Assembly: GCA_964658305.1 (NCBI GenBank)
Contig: OZ210885.1
Span: forward strand, 16,492,001-16,556,000
DNA: 64,000 nt
DNA from: Leptogorgia sarmentosa
Taxonomy: Eukaryota
Direction of reading: 5' to 3'
Each line of letters starts with the position of its first letter. The stretch's first letter is position 1. A model generated the notes under the pieces. It did not search any database, had not been told where the DNA came from, and worked only from the letters and a program-made list of their open reading frames with translations. Position numbers and translations under genes: made by a program. Shown one piece after another: positions 11,129-24,500 of this stretch.

Positions 11129-12118
11129 GCTTCATTTTATTGTATGTGTGTTTGTAAGTAGGTTTGCTTTCAATTTCAACTTCAGGGTTTTGTTATTGTT
11201 ACACGTTTAAAAAGTGTAAGTTCCATCAACAAATGTTTACGACCATACCAGTAGGAAAATACCGGTTCTCGTCTGATCACCGAAGTTAAGCCTAGGTGGG
11301 CCAAGTTAGTACTTGGATGGGTGACTACCTGGGAATACTTTGTGTTGTAGACTTGCTTCATTTTATTGTATGTGTGTTTGTAAATAGGTTTGCTTTCAAT
11401 TTCAACTTCAGGGATTTTGTTATTGCTACATCTGGAAATATTTTGTATTGTTGTTTTGCTAAATGTTATTTAATGCCTATTTGTAAATATAATTCCTTTC
11501 AACTTCAACTTCAGGGTTTTATTATTGTTACACGTTTAAAAAGTGTAACTTCCATCAACAAGTGTCTACGACCATACCAGTAGGAAAATACCGGTTCTGG
11601 TCTGATCACCGAAGTTAAGCCTAGGTGGGAAAAGTTAGTACTTGGATGGGTGACCACCTGGGAATACTTTGTGTTGTAGACTTGCTTCATTTTATTGTAT
11701 GTGTGTTTGTAAATAGGTTTGCTTTCAATTTCAACTTCAGGGTTTTGTTATTGTTACACGTTTAAAAAGTGTAACTTCCATCAACAAATGTCTACGACCA
11801 TACCAGTAGGAAAATACCGGTTCTCGTCTGATCACCGAAGTTAAGCCTAGGTGGGCAAAGTTAGTACTTGGATGGGTGACCACCTGGGAATACTTTGTGT
11901 TGTAGACTTGCTTCATTTTATTGTATGTGTGTTTGTAAATAGGTTTGCTTTCAATATAAACTTCAGGGATTTTGTTATTGCTACATCTGGAAATACTTTG
12001 TATTGTTGTTTTGCTAAATGTTATTTAATGCCTATTTGTAAATATAATTCCTTTCAATTTCAACTTCAGGGTTTTGTTATTGTTACACGTTTAAAAAGTG
12101 TAACTTCCATCAACAAAT

Positions 12119-12500
12119 GTCTACGACCATACCAGTAGGAAAATGCCGGTTCTCGTCTGATCACCGAAGTTAAGCCTAGGTGGGCAAGGTTAGTACTTGG
12201 ATGGGTGACCACCTAATAGGTTTAGACCACCTGGGAATACTTTGTGTTGTAGACTTGCTTCATTTTATTGTATGTGTGTTTGTAAATAGGTTTGCTTTCA
12301 ATTTCAACTTCAGGGTTTTGTTATTGTTACACGTTTAAAAAGTGTTACTTCAATCAACAAATGTCTACGACGATACCAGTAGGAAAATACCGGTTCTCGT
12401 CTGATCACCGAAGTTAAGCCTAGGTGGGCAAAGTTAGTACTTGGATGGGTGACCACCTAATAGGTTTAGACCACCTGGGAATACTTTGTGTTGTAGACTT
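12119..12500 (+). pseudogene. Pair of adjacent 5S pseudogenes (12119-12256, 12363-12500), each with an 18-bp insertion in box C; pair recurs at 41706/41950, 53652/53896, 61222/61466
   Basis: GACCACCT-AATAGGTTTA-GACCACCT at 12207-12232 and again 244 bp later. Confidence 0.88.
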
Positions 12501-15500
12501 GCTTCATTTTATTGTATGTGTGTTTGTAAATAGGTTTGCTTTCAATTTCAACTTCAGGGTTTTGTTATTGTTACACGTTTAAAAAGTGTTACTTCAATCA
12601 ACAAATGTCTACGACGATACCAGTAGGAAAATACCGGTTCTCGTCTGATCACCGAAGTTAAGCCTAGGTGGGCAAAGTTAGTACTTGGATGGGTGACTAC
12701 CTGGGAATACTTTGTGTTGTAGACTTGCTTCATTTTATTGTATGTGTGTTTGTAAATATAATTCCTTTCAATTTCAACTTCAGGGTTTTGTTATTGTTAC
12801 ACGTTTAAAAAGTGTAACTTCCATCAACAAATGTCTACGACCATACCAGTAGGAAAATACCGGTTCTCGTCTGATCACTGAAGTTAAGCCTAGGTGGGAA
12901 AAGTTAGTACTTGGATGGGTGACCACCTGGGAATACTTTGTGTTGTAGAGTTGCTTTGTTTTATTGTATGTGTGTTTTTAAATAGGTTTGCTTTCAATTT
13001 CAACTTCAGGGTTTTGTTATTGTTACACGTTTAAAAAGTGTAACTTCCATCAACAAATGTCTACGACCATACCAGTAGGAAAATACTGGTTCTCGTCTGA
13101 TCACCGAAGCTCGTCTGATCACCGAAGTTAAGCCTAGGTGGGCAAAGTTAGTACTTGGATGGGTGACAACCTGGGAATACTTTGTGTTGTAGACTTGCTT
13201 CATTTTATTGTATGTGTGTTTGTAAATAGGTTTGCTTTCAATTTCAACTTCAGGGTTTTGTTATTGTTACACGTTTGAAAAGTGTAACCTCCATCAATAA
13301 ATGTCTACAACCATACCAGTAGGAAAATACCAGTTCTCGTCTGATCACCGAAGTTAGGCCTAGGTGGGAAAAGTTAGTACTTGGATGGGTGACCAACTGG
13401 GAATACTTTGTGTTGTAGACTTGCTTCATTTTATTGTATGTGTGTCTGTAAATAGGTTTGCTTTCAATTTCAACTTCAGGGTTTTGTTATTGTTACACGT
13501 TTAAAAAGTGTAACTTCCATCAACAAATGTCTACGACCATACCAGTAGGAAAATACCGGTTCTCATCTGATCACCGAAGTTAAGCCTAGGTGGGCAAAGT
13601 TAGTACTTGGATGGGTGACCACCTGGGAATACTTTGTGTTGTAGACTTGCTTCATTTTATTGTATGTGTGTTTGTAAGTAGGTTTGCTTTCAATTTCAAC
13701 TTCAGGGTTTTGTTATTGTTACACGTTTAAAAAGTGTAAGTTCCATCAACAAATGTTTACGACCATACCAGTAGGAAAATACCGGTTCTCGTCTGATCAC
13801 CGAAGTTAAGCCTAGGTGGGCAAAGTTAGTACTTGGATGGGTGACTACCTGGGAATACTTTGTGTTGTAGACTTGCTTCATTTTATTGTATGTGTGTTTG
13901 TAAATAGGTTTGCTTTCAATTTCAACTTCAGGGTTTTGTTATTGTTACACATTTAAAAAGTGTAACTTCCATCAACAAATGTCTACGACCATACCAGTAG
14001 GAAAATACCGGTTCTCGTCTGATCACCGAAGTTAGGCCTAGGTGGGAAAAGTTAGTACTTGGATGGGTGACCACCTGGGAATACTTTGTGTTGTAGACTT
14101 GCTTCATTTTATTGTATGTGTGTTTGTAAATAGGTTTGCTTTCAATTTCAACTTCAGGGATTTTGTTATTGCTACATCTGGAAATATTTTGTATTGTTGT
14201 TTTGCTAAATGTTATTTAATGCCTATTTGTAAATATAATTCCTTTCAACTTCAACTTCAGGGTTTTATTATTGTTACACGTTTAAAAAGTGTAACTTCCA
14301 TCAACAAGTGTCTACGACCATACCAGTAGGAAAATACCGGTTCTGGTCTGATCACCGAAGTTAAGCCTAGGTGGGAAAAGTTAGTACTTGGATGGGTGAC
14401 CACCTGGGAATACTTTGTGTTGTAGACTTGCTTCATTTTATTGTATGTGTGTTTGTAAATAGGTTTGCTTTCAATTTCAACTTCAGGGTTTTGTTATTGT
14501 TACACGTTTAAAAAGTGTAACTTCCATCAACAAATGTCTACGACCATACCAGTAGGAAAATACCGGTTCTCGTCTGATCACCGAAGTTAAGCCTAGGTGG
14601 GCAAAGTTAGTACTTGGATGGGTGACCACCTGGGAATACTTTGTGTTGTAGACTTGCTTCATTTTATTGTATGTGTGTTTGTAAATAGGTTTGCTTTCAA
14701 TTTCAACTTCAGGGTTTTGTTATTGTTACACGTTTAAAAAGTGTTACTTCAATCAACAAATGTCTACGACGATACCAGTAGGAAAATACCGGTTCTCGTC
14801 TGATCACCGAAGTTAAGCCTAGGTGGGCAAAGTTAGTACTTGGATGGGTGACTACCTGGGAATACTTTGTGTTGTAGACTTGCTTCATTTTATTGTATGT
14901 GTGTTTGTAAATATAATTCCTTTCAATTTCAACTTCAGGGTTTTGTTATTGTTACACGTTTAAAAAGTGTAACTTCCATCTACAAATGTCTACGACCATA
15001 CCAGTAGGAAAATACCGGTTCTCGTCTGATCACTGAAGTTAAGCCTAGGTGGGAAAAGTTAGTACTTGGATGGGTGACCACCTGGGAATACTTTGTGTTG
15101 TAGAGTTGCTTTGTTTTATTGTATGTGTGTTTTTAAATAGGTTTGCTTTCAATTTCAACTTCAGGGTTTTGTTATTGTTACACGTTTAAAAAGTGTAACT
15201 TCCATCAACAAATGTCTACGACCATACCAGTGGGAAAATACTGGTTCTCGTCTGATCACCGAAGCTCGTCTGATCACCGAAGTTAAGCCTAGGTGGGCAA
15301 AGTTAGTACTTGGATGGGTGACAACCTGGGAATACTTTGTGTTGTAGACTTGCTTCATTTTATTGTATGTGTGTTTGTAAATAGGTTTGCTTTCAATTTC
15401 AACTTCAGGGTTTTGTTATTGTTACACGTTTGAAAAGTGTAACCTCCATCAATAAATGTCTACAACCATACCAGTAGGAAAATACCAGTTCTCGTCTGAT

Positions 15501-17660
15501 CACCGAAGTTAGGCCTAGGTGTGAAAAGTTAGTACTTGGATGGGTGATCACCTGGGAATACTTTGTGTTGTAGACTTGCTTCATTTTATTGTATGTGTGT
15601 CTGTAAATAGGTTTGCTTTCAATTTCAACTTCAGGGTTTTGTTATTGTTACACGTTTAAAAAGTGTAACTTCCATCAACAAATGTCTACGACCATACCAG
15701 TAGGAAAATACCGGTTCTCATCTGATCACCGAAGTTAAGCCTAGGTGGGCGAAGTTAGTACTTGGATGGGTGACCACCTGGGAATACTTTGTGTTGTAGA
15801 CTTGCTTCATTTTATTGTATGTGTGTTTGTAAGTAGGTTTGCTTTCAATTTCAACTTCAGGGTTTTGTTATTGTTACACGTTTAAAAAGTGTAAGTTCCA
15901 TCAACAAATGTTTACGACCATACCAGTAGGAAAATACCGGTTCTCGTCTGATCACCGAAGTTAAGCCTAGGTGGGCAAAGTTAGTACTTGGATGGGTGAC
16001 TACCTGGGAATACTTTGTGTTGTAGACTTGCTTCATTTTATTGTATGTGTGTTTGTAAATAGGTTTGCTTTCAATTTCAACTTCAGGGTTTTGTTATTGT
16101 TACACATTTAAAAAGTGTAACTTCCATCAACAAATGTCTACGACCATACCAGTAGGAAAATACCGGTTCTCGTCTGATCACCGAAGTTAGGCCTAGGTAG
16201 GAAAAGTTAGTACTTGGATGGGTGACCACCTGGGAGTACTTTGTGTTGTAGACTTGCTTCATTTTATTGTATGTGTGTTTGTAAATAGGTTTGCTTTCAA
16301 TTTCAACTTCAGGGATTTTGTTATTGCTACATCTGGAAATATTTTGTATTGTTGTTTTGCTAAATGTTATTTAATGCCTATTTGTAAATATAATTGCTTT
16401 CAACTTCAACTTCAGGGTTTTATTATTGTTACACGTTTAAAAAGTGTAACTTCCATCAACAAGTGTCTACGACCATACCAGTAGGAAAATACCGGTTCTG
16501 GTCTGATCACCGAAGTTAAGCCTAGGTGGGAAAAGTTAGTACTTGGATGGGTGACCACCTGGGAATACTTTGTGTTGTAGACTTGCTTCATTTTATTGTA
16601 TGTGTGTTTGTAAATAGGTTTGCTTTCAATTTCAACTTCAGGGTTTTGTTATTGTTACACGTTTAAAAAGTGTAACTTCCATCAACAAATGTCTACGACC
16701 ATACCAGTAGGAAAATACCGGTTCTCGTCTGATCACCGAAGTTGAGCCTAGGTGGGCAAAGTTAGTACTTGGATGGGTGACCACCTGGGAATACTTTGTG
16801 TTGTAGACTTGCTTCATTTTATTGTATGTGTGTTTGTAAATAGGTTTGCTTTCAATATAAACTTCAGGGATTTTGTTATTGTTACACGTTTAAAAAGTGT
16901 TACTTCAATCAACAAATGTCTACGACGATACCAGTAGGAAAATACCGGTTCTCGTCTTATCACCGAAGTTAAGCCTAGGTGGGCAAAGTTAGTACTTGGA
17001 TGGGTGACTACCTGGGAATACTTTGTGTTGTAGACTTGCTTCATTTTATTGTATGTGTGTTTGTAAATATAATTCCTTTCAATTTCAACTTCAGGGTTTT
17101 GTTATTGTTACACGTTTAAAAAGTGTAACTTCCATCAACAAATGTCTACGACCATACCAGTAGGAAAATACCGGTTCTCGTCTGATCACTGAAGTTAAGC
17201 CTAGGTGGGAAAAGTTAGTACTTGGATGGGTGACCACCTGGGAATACTTTGTGTTGTAGAGTTGCTTTGTTTTATTGTATGTGTGTTTTTAAATAGGTTT
17301 GCTTTCAATTTCAACTTCAGGGTTTTGTTATTGTTACACGTTTAAAAAGTGTAACTTCCATCAACAAATGTCTACGACCATACCAGTAGGAAAATACTGG
17401 TTCTCGTCTGATCACCGAAGCTCGTCTGATCACCGAAGTTAAGCCTAGGTGGGCAAAGTTAGTACTGGGGATGGGTGACAACCTGGGAATACTTTGTGTT
17501 GTAGACTTGCTTCATTGTATTGTATGTGTGTTTGTAAATAGGTTTGCTTTCAATTTCAACTTCAGGGTTTTGTTATTGTTACACGTTTGAAAAGTGTAAC
17601 CTCCATCAATAAATGTCTACAACCATACCATTAGGAAAATACCAGTTCTCGTCTGATCAC
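12400..17660 (+). repeat. Local higher-order repeat, period 2155-2156 bp (nine units), about 2.5 copies
   Basis: The 18-bp-duplication allele sits at 13059, 15214, 17370, with the same ordered neighbours (TATAATTCC short unit, GAGTTGCTTTG unit, TTTGAAAAG/AACCTCC spacer). Boundaries are approximate. Confidence 0.85.
13059..13196 (+). pseudogene. 5S pseudogene allele with 18-bp tandem duplication of nt 34-51 plus C92A; recurs at 15214, 17370, 42646, 44575, 54592, 56521, 58677, 62162
   Basis: CTCGTCTGATCACCGAAG repeated at 13092-13109 and 13110-13127; box C reads GACAACC. Confidence 0.88.
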
Positions 17661-17778
17661 CGAAGTTAGGCCTAGGTGGGAAATACCAGTTCTCATCTGA
17701 TCACCGAAGTTAAGCCTGGGTGGGCAAAGTTAGTACTGGGATGGGTGACTACCTGGGAATACTTTGTGTTGTAGATAT
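17615..17778 (+). pseudogene. Fused 5S pseudogene (nt 1-66 joined to nt 23-120, 164 nt); recurs at 58921-59084
   Basis: ...GTTAGGCCTAGGTGGG|AAATACCAGTTCTCATCTGATCACCGAAGTTAAGCCTGGG...; 44 nt are present twice, with different variants in each half. Confidence 0.85.
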
Positions 17779-18439
17779 GCTTCATTTTATTGTATGTGTG
17801 TTTGTAAATAGGTTTGCTTTCAATTTCAACTTCAGGGTTTTGTTATTGTTACACGTTTAAAAAGTGTAACTTCCATCAACAAATGTCTACGACCATACCA
17901 GTAGGAAAATACCGGTTCTCGTCTGATCACCGAAGTTAAGCCTAAGTGGGCAAAGTTAGTACTTGGATGGGTGACCACCTGGGAATACTTTGTGTTGTAG
18001 ACTTGCTTCATTTTATTGTATGTGTGTTTGCAAATAGGTTTGCTTTCAATGTAAACTTCAGGGATTTTGTTATTGCTACATCTGGAAATACTTTGTATTG
18101 TTGTTTTGCTAAATGTTATTTAATGCCTATTTGTAAATATAATTCCTTTCAATTTCAACTTCAGGGTTTTGTTATTGTTACACGTTTAAAAAGTGTAACT
18201 TCCATCAACAAATGTCTACGACCATACCAGTAGGAAAATACCGGTTCTCGTCTGATCACCGAAGTTAAGCCTAGGTGGGCAAAGTTAGTAGTTGGATGGG
18301 TGACCACCTGGGAATACTTTGTGTTGTAGACTTGCTTCATTTTATTGTATGTGTGTTTGTAAATAGGTTTGCTTTCAATTTCAATTTCAGGGTTTTGTTA
18401 TTGTTACACGTTTAAAAAGTGTTACTTCCATCAACATAT

Positions 18440-18558
18440 GTGTACGATGATACTAGTAGGAAAATACCGGTTCTCGTCTGATCACTGAAGTTAAGCCTAG
18501 GTGGGCAAGTTAGTACTTGGATGGGTGACTACCTGGGAATACTTTGTGTTGTAGACTT
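18440..18558 (+). pseudogene. Heavily mutated 5S copy (119 nt)
   Basis: Starts GTGTACGATGATACTAG instead of GTCTACGACCATACCAG; also C47T and a 1-nt deletion in the A68-70 run. Helix I is disrupted. Confidence 0.8.
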
Positions 18559-21500
18559 GCTTCATTTTATTGTATGTGTGTTTGTAAATATAATTCCTTT
18601 CAATTTCAACTTCAGGGTTTTGTTATTGTTACACGTTTAAAAAGTGTAACTTCCATCAACAAATGTCTACGACCATACCACTAGGAAAATACCGGTTCTC
18701 GTCTGATCACCAAAGTTAAGCCTAGGTGGCAAAAGTTAGTACTTGGATGGGTGACCACCTGGGAATACTTTGTGTTGTAGATTTGCTTCATTTTATTGTA
18801 TGTGTGTTTTTAAATAGCTTTGCTTTCAATTTCAACTTCAGGGTTTTGTTATTGTTACACGTTTAAAAAGTGTAACTTCCATCAACAAATGTCTACGACC
18901 ATACCAGTAGGAAAATACCGGTTCTCGTCTGATCACCGAAGTTAAGCCTAGGTGGGCAAAGTTAGTACTTGGATGGATGACCACCTGGAAATACTTTGTG
19001 TTGTAGACTTGCTTCATTTTATTGTATGTGTGTTTGTAAATAGGTTTGCTTTCAATGTAAACTTCAGGGATTTTGTTATTGCTACATCTGGAAATACTTT
19101 GTATTGTTGTTTTGCTAAATGTTATTTAATGCCTATTTGTAAATATAATTCCTTCCAATTTCAACTTCAGGGTTTTGTTATTGTTACACGTTTAAAAAGT
19201 GTAACTTCCATCAACAAATGTCTGCGACCGTACGAGTAGGAAAATACAGGTTCTCGTCTGATCATCGAAGTTAAGCCTAGGTGGGCAAAGTTAGTACTTG
19301 GATGGGTGACCACCTGGGAATACTTTGTGTTGTAGACTTGCTTCATTTTATTGTATGTGTGTTTGTAAATAGGTTTGCTTTCAATTTCAACTTCAGGGTT
19401 TTGTTATTGTTACACGTTTAAAAAGTGTTACTTCCATCAACAAATGTCTACGACGATACCAGTAGGAAAATACCGGTTCTCGTCTGATCACCGAAGTTAA
19501 GCCTAGGTGGGCAAAGTTAGTACTTGGATGGATGACTACCTGGGAATACTTTGTGTTGTAGACTTGCTTCATTTTATTGTATGTGTGTTTGTAAATAGGT
19601 TTGCTTTCAATTTCAACTTCAGGGTTTTGTTATTGTTACACGTTTAAAAAGTGTAACTCCCATCAACAAATGTCTACAACCATACCAGTAGGAAAATACC
19701 GGTTCTCGTCTGATCACCAAAGTTAGGCCTAGGTGGGAAAAGTTAGTACTTGGATGGGTGACCACCTGGGAATACTTTGTGTTGTAGACTTGCTTCATTT
19801 TATTGAATGTGTGTTTGTAAATAGGTTTGCTTTCAATTTCAACTTCAGGGTTTTGTTATTGTTACACGTTTAAAAAGTGTTACTTCCATCAACAAATGTC
19901 TACGACGATACCAGTAAGAAAATACCGGTTCTCGTCTGATCACCGAAGTTAAGCCTAGGTGGGCAAAGTTAGTACTTGGATGGGTGACTACCTGGGAATA
20001 CTTTGTGTTGTAGACTTGCTTCATTTTATTGTATGTGTGTTTGTAAATAGGTTTGCTTTCAATGTAAACTTCAGGGATTTTGTTATTGCTACATCTGGAA
20101 ATACTTTGTATTGTTGTTTTGCTAAATGTTATTTAATGCCTATTTGTAAATATAATTCCTTTCAATTTCAACTTCAGGGTTTTGTTATTGTTACACGTTT
20201 AAAAAGTGTAACTTCCATCAACAAATGTCTACGTCCATACCAGTAGGAAAATACCAGTTCTCGTCTGATCACCGAAGTTAGGTCTAGGTGGGAAAAGTTA
20301 GTACTTGGATTGGTGACCACCTGGGAATACTTTGTGTTGTAGACTTGCTTCATTTTATTGTATGTGTGTTTGTAAATAGATTTGCTTTCAATTTCAACTT
20401 CAGGGTTTTGTTATTGTTACACGTTTAAAAAGTGTAAGTTCCATCAACAAATGTCTACGACCATACCAGTAGGAAAATACCGGTTCTCGTCTGATCACCG
20501 AAGTTAAGCCTAGGTGGGCAAAGTTAGTACTTGGATGGGTGACTACCTGGGAATACTTTGTGTTGTAGACTTGCTTCATTTTATTGTATGTGTGTTTGTA
20601 AATAGGTTTGCTTTCAATTTCAACTTCAGGGTTTTGTTATTGTTACACGTTTAAAAAGTGTAACTTCCATCAACAAATGTCTACGACCATACCAGTAGGA
20701 AAATACCGGTTCTCGTCTGATCACCGAAGTTAGGCCTAGGTGGGAAAAGTTAGTACTTGGATGGGTGACCACCTGGGAATACTTTGTGTTGTAGACTTGC
20801 TTCATTTTATTGTATGTGTGTTTGTAAATAGGTTTGCTTTCAATTTCAACTTCAGGGATTTTGTTATTGCTACATCTGGAAATATTTTGTATTGTTGTTT
20901 TGCTAAATGTTATTTAATGCCTATTTGTAAATATAATTCCTTTCAACTTCAACTTCAGGGTTTTATTATTGTTACACGTTTAAAAAGTGTAACTTCCATC
21001 AACAAGTGTCTACGACCATACCAGTAGGAAAATACCGGTTCTCGTCTGATCACCGAAGTTAAGCCTAGGTGGGAAAAGTTAGTACTTGGATGGGTGACCA
21101 CCTGGGAATACTTTGTGTTGTAGACTTGCTTCATTTTATTGTATGTGTGTTTGTAAATAGGTTTGCTTTCAATTTCAACTTCAGGGTTTTGTTATTGTTA
21201 CACGTTTAAAAAGTGTAACTTCCATCAACAAATGTCTACGACCATACCAGTAGGAAAATACCGGTTCTCGTCTGATCACCGAAGTTAAGCCTAGGTGGGC
21301 AAAGTTAGTACTTGGATGGGTGACCACCTGGGAATACTTTGTGTTGTAGACTTGCTTCATTTTATTGTATGTGTGTTTGTAAATAGGTTTGCTTTCAATA
21401 TAAACTTCAGGGATTTTGTTATTGCTACATCTGGAAATACTTTGTATTGTTGTTTTGCTAAATTTTATTTAATGCCTATTTGTAAATATAATTCCTTTCA

Positions 21501-24500
21501 ATTTCAACTTCAGGGTTTTGTTATTAATACACACGTTTAAAAAGTGTAACTTCCATCAACAAATGTCTACAACCATACCAGTAGGAAAATACCGGTTCTC
21601 GTCTGATCACCGAAGTTAGGCCTAGGTGGGAAAAGTTAGTACTTGGATGGGTGACCACCTGGGAATACTTTGTGTTGTAGACTTGCTTCATTTTATTGTA
21701 TGTGTGTTTGTAAATAGGTTTGCTTTCAATTTCAACTTCAGGGTTTTGTTATTGTTACACGTTTAAAAAGTGTAACTTCCATCAACAAATGTCTACCACC
21801 ATACCAGTAGGAAAATACCGGTTCTCGTCTGATCACCGAAGTAAAGCCTAGGTGGGCAAAGTTAGTACTTGGATGGGTGACCACCTGGGAATACTTTGTG
21901 TTGTAGACTTGCTTCATTTTATTGTATGTGTGTTTGTAAGTAGGTTTGCTTTCAATTTCAACTTCAGGGTTTTGTTATTGTCACACGTTTAAAAAGTGTA
22001 AGTTCCATCAACAAATGTCTACGACCATACCAGTAGGAAAATACCGGTTCTCGTCTGATCACCGAAGTTAAGCCTAGGTGGGCAAAGTTAGTACTTGGAT
22101 GGGTGACTACCTGGGAATACTTTGTGTTGTAGACTTGCTTCATTTTATTGTATGTGTGTTTGTAAATAGGTTTGCTTTCAATTTCAACTTCAGGGTTTTG
22201 TTATTGTTACACGTTTAAAAAGTGTAACTTCCATCAACAAATGTCTACGACCATACCAGTAGGAAAATACCGGTTCTCGTCTGATCACCGAAGTTAAGCC
22301 TAGGTGGGCAAAGTTAGTACTTGGATGGGTGACCACCTGGGAATACTTTGTGTTGTAGACTTGCTTCATTTTATTGTATGTGTGTTTGCAAATAGGTTTG
22401 CTTTCAATATAAACTTCAGGGATTTTGTTATTGCTACATCTGGAAATACTTTGTATTGTTGTTTTGCTAAATTTTATTTAATGCCTATTTGTAAATATAA
22501 TTCCTTTCAATTTCAACTTCAGGGTTTTGTTATTGTTACACGTTTAAAAAGTGTAACTTCCATCAACAAATGTCTACGACCATACCAGTAGGAAAATACC
22601 GGTTCTCGTCTGATCACCGAAGTTAAGCCTAGGTGGGCACAGTTAGTACTTGGATGGGTGACTACCTGGGAATACTTTGTGTTGTAGACTTGCTTCATTT
22701 TATTGTATGTGTGTTTGTAAATAGGTTTGCTTTCAATTTCAACTTCAGGGTTTTGTTATTGTTACACGTTTAAAAAGTGTAACTTCCATCAACAAATGTC
22801 TACAACCATACCAGTAGGAAAATACCGGTTCTCGTCTGATCACCGAAGTTAGGCCTAGGTGGGAAAAGTTAGTACTTGGATGGGTGACCACCTGGGAATA
22901 CTTTGTGTTGTAGACTTGCTTCATTTTATTGTATGTGTGTTTGTAAATAGGTTTGCTTTCAATTTCAACTTCAGGGTTTTGTTATTGTTACACGTTTAAA
23001 AAGTGTAACTTCCATCAACAAATGTCTACCACCATACCAGTAGGAAAATACCGGTTCTCGTCTGATCACCAAAGTTAAGCCTAGGTGGGCAAAGTTAGTA
23101 CTTGGATGGGTGACTACCTGGGAATACTTTGTGTTGTAGACTTGCTTCATTTTATTGTATGTGTGTTTGTAAATAGGTTTGCTTTCAATTTCAACTTCAG
23201 GGTTTTGTTATTGTTACACGTTTAAAAAGTGTAACTCCCATCAACAAATGTCTACAACCATACCAGTAGGAAAATACCGGTTCTCGTCTGATCACCAAAG
23301 TTAGGCCTAGGTGGGAAAAGTTAGTACTTGGATGGGTGACCACCTGGGAATACTTTGTGTTGTAGACTTGCTTCATTTTATTGAATGTGTGTTTGTAAAT
23401 AGGTTTGCTTTCAATTTCAACTTCAGGGTTTTGTTATTGTTACACGTTTAAAAAGTGTTACTTCCATCAACAAATGTCTACGACGATACCAGTAAGAAAA
23501 TACCGGTTCTCGTCTGATCACCGAAGTTAAGCCTAGGTGGGCAAAGTTAGTACTTGGATGGGTGACTACCTGGGAATACTTTGTGTTGTAGACTTGCTTC
23601 ATTTTATTGTATGTGTGTTTGTAAATAGGTTTGCTTTCAATGTAAACTTCAGGGATTTTGTTATTGCTACATCTGGAAATACTTTGTATTGTTGTTTTGC
23701 TAAATGTTATTTAATGCCTATTTGTAAATATAATTCCTTTCAATTTCAACTTCAGGGTTTTGTTATTGTTACACGTTTAAAAAGTGTAACTTCCATCAAC
23801 AAATGTCTACGTCCATACCAGTAGGAAAATACCAGTTCTCGTCTGATCACCGAAGTTAGGTCTAGGTGGGAAAAGTTAGTACTTGGATGGGTGACCACCT
23901 GGGAATACTTTGTGTTGTAGACTTGCTTCATTTTATTGTATGTGTGTTTGTAAATAGATTTGCTTTCAATTTCAACTTCAGGGTTTTGTTATTGTTACAC
24001 GTTTAAAAAGTGTAAGTTCCATCAACAAATGTCTACGACCATACCAGTAGGAAAATACCGGTTCTCGTCTGATCACCGAAGTTAAGCCTAGGTGGGCAAA
24101 GTTAGTACTTGGATGGGTGACTACCTGGGAATACTTTGTGTTGTAGACTTGCTTCATTTTATTGTATGTGTGTTTGTAAATAGGTTTGCTTTCAATTTCA
24201 ACTTCAGGGTTTTGTTATTGTTACACGTTTAAAAAGTGTAACTTCCATCAACAAATGTCTACGACCATACCAGTAGGAAAATACCGGTTCTCGTCTGATC
24301 ACCGAAGTTAGGCCTAGGTGGGAAAAGTTAGTACTTGGATGGGTGACCACCTGGGAATACTTTGTGTTGTAGACTTGCTTCATTTTATTGTATGTGTGTT
24401 TGTAAATAGGTTTGCTTTCAATTTCAACTTCAGGGTTTTGTTATTGTTACACGTTTAAAAAGTGTAACTTCCATCAACAAATGTCTACCACCATACCAGT

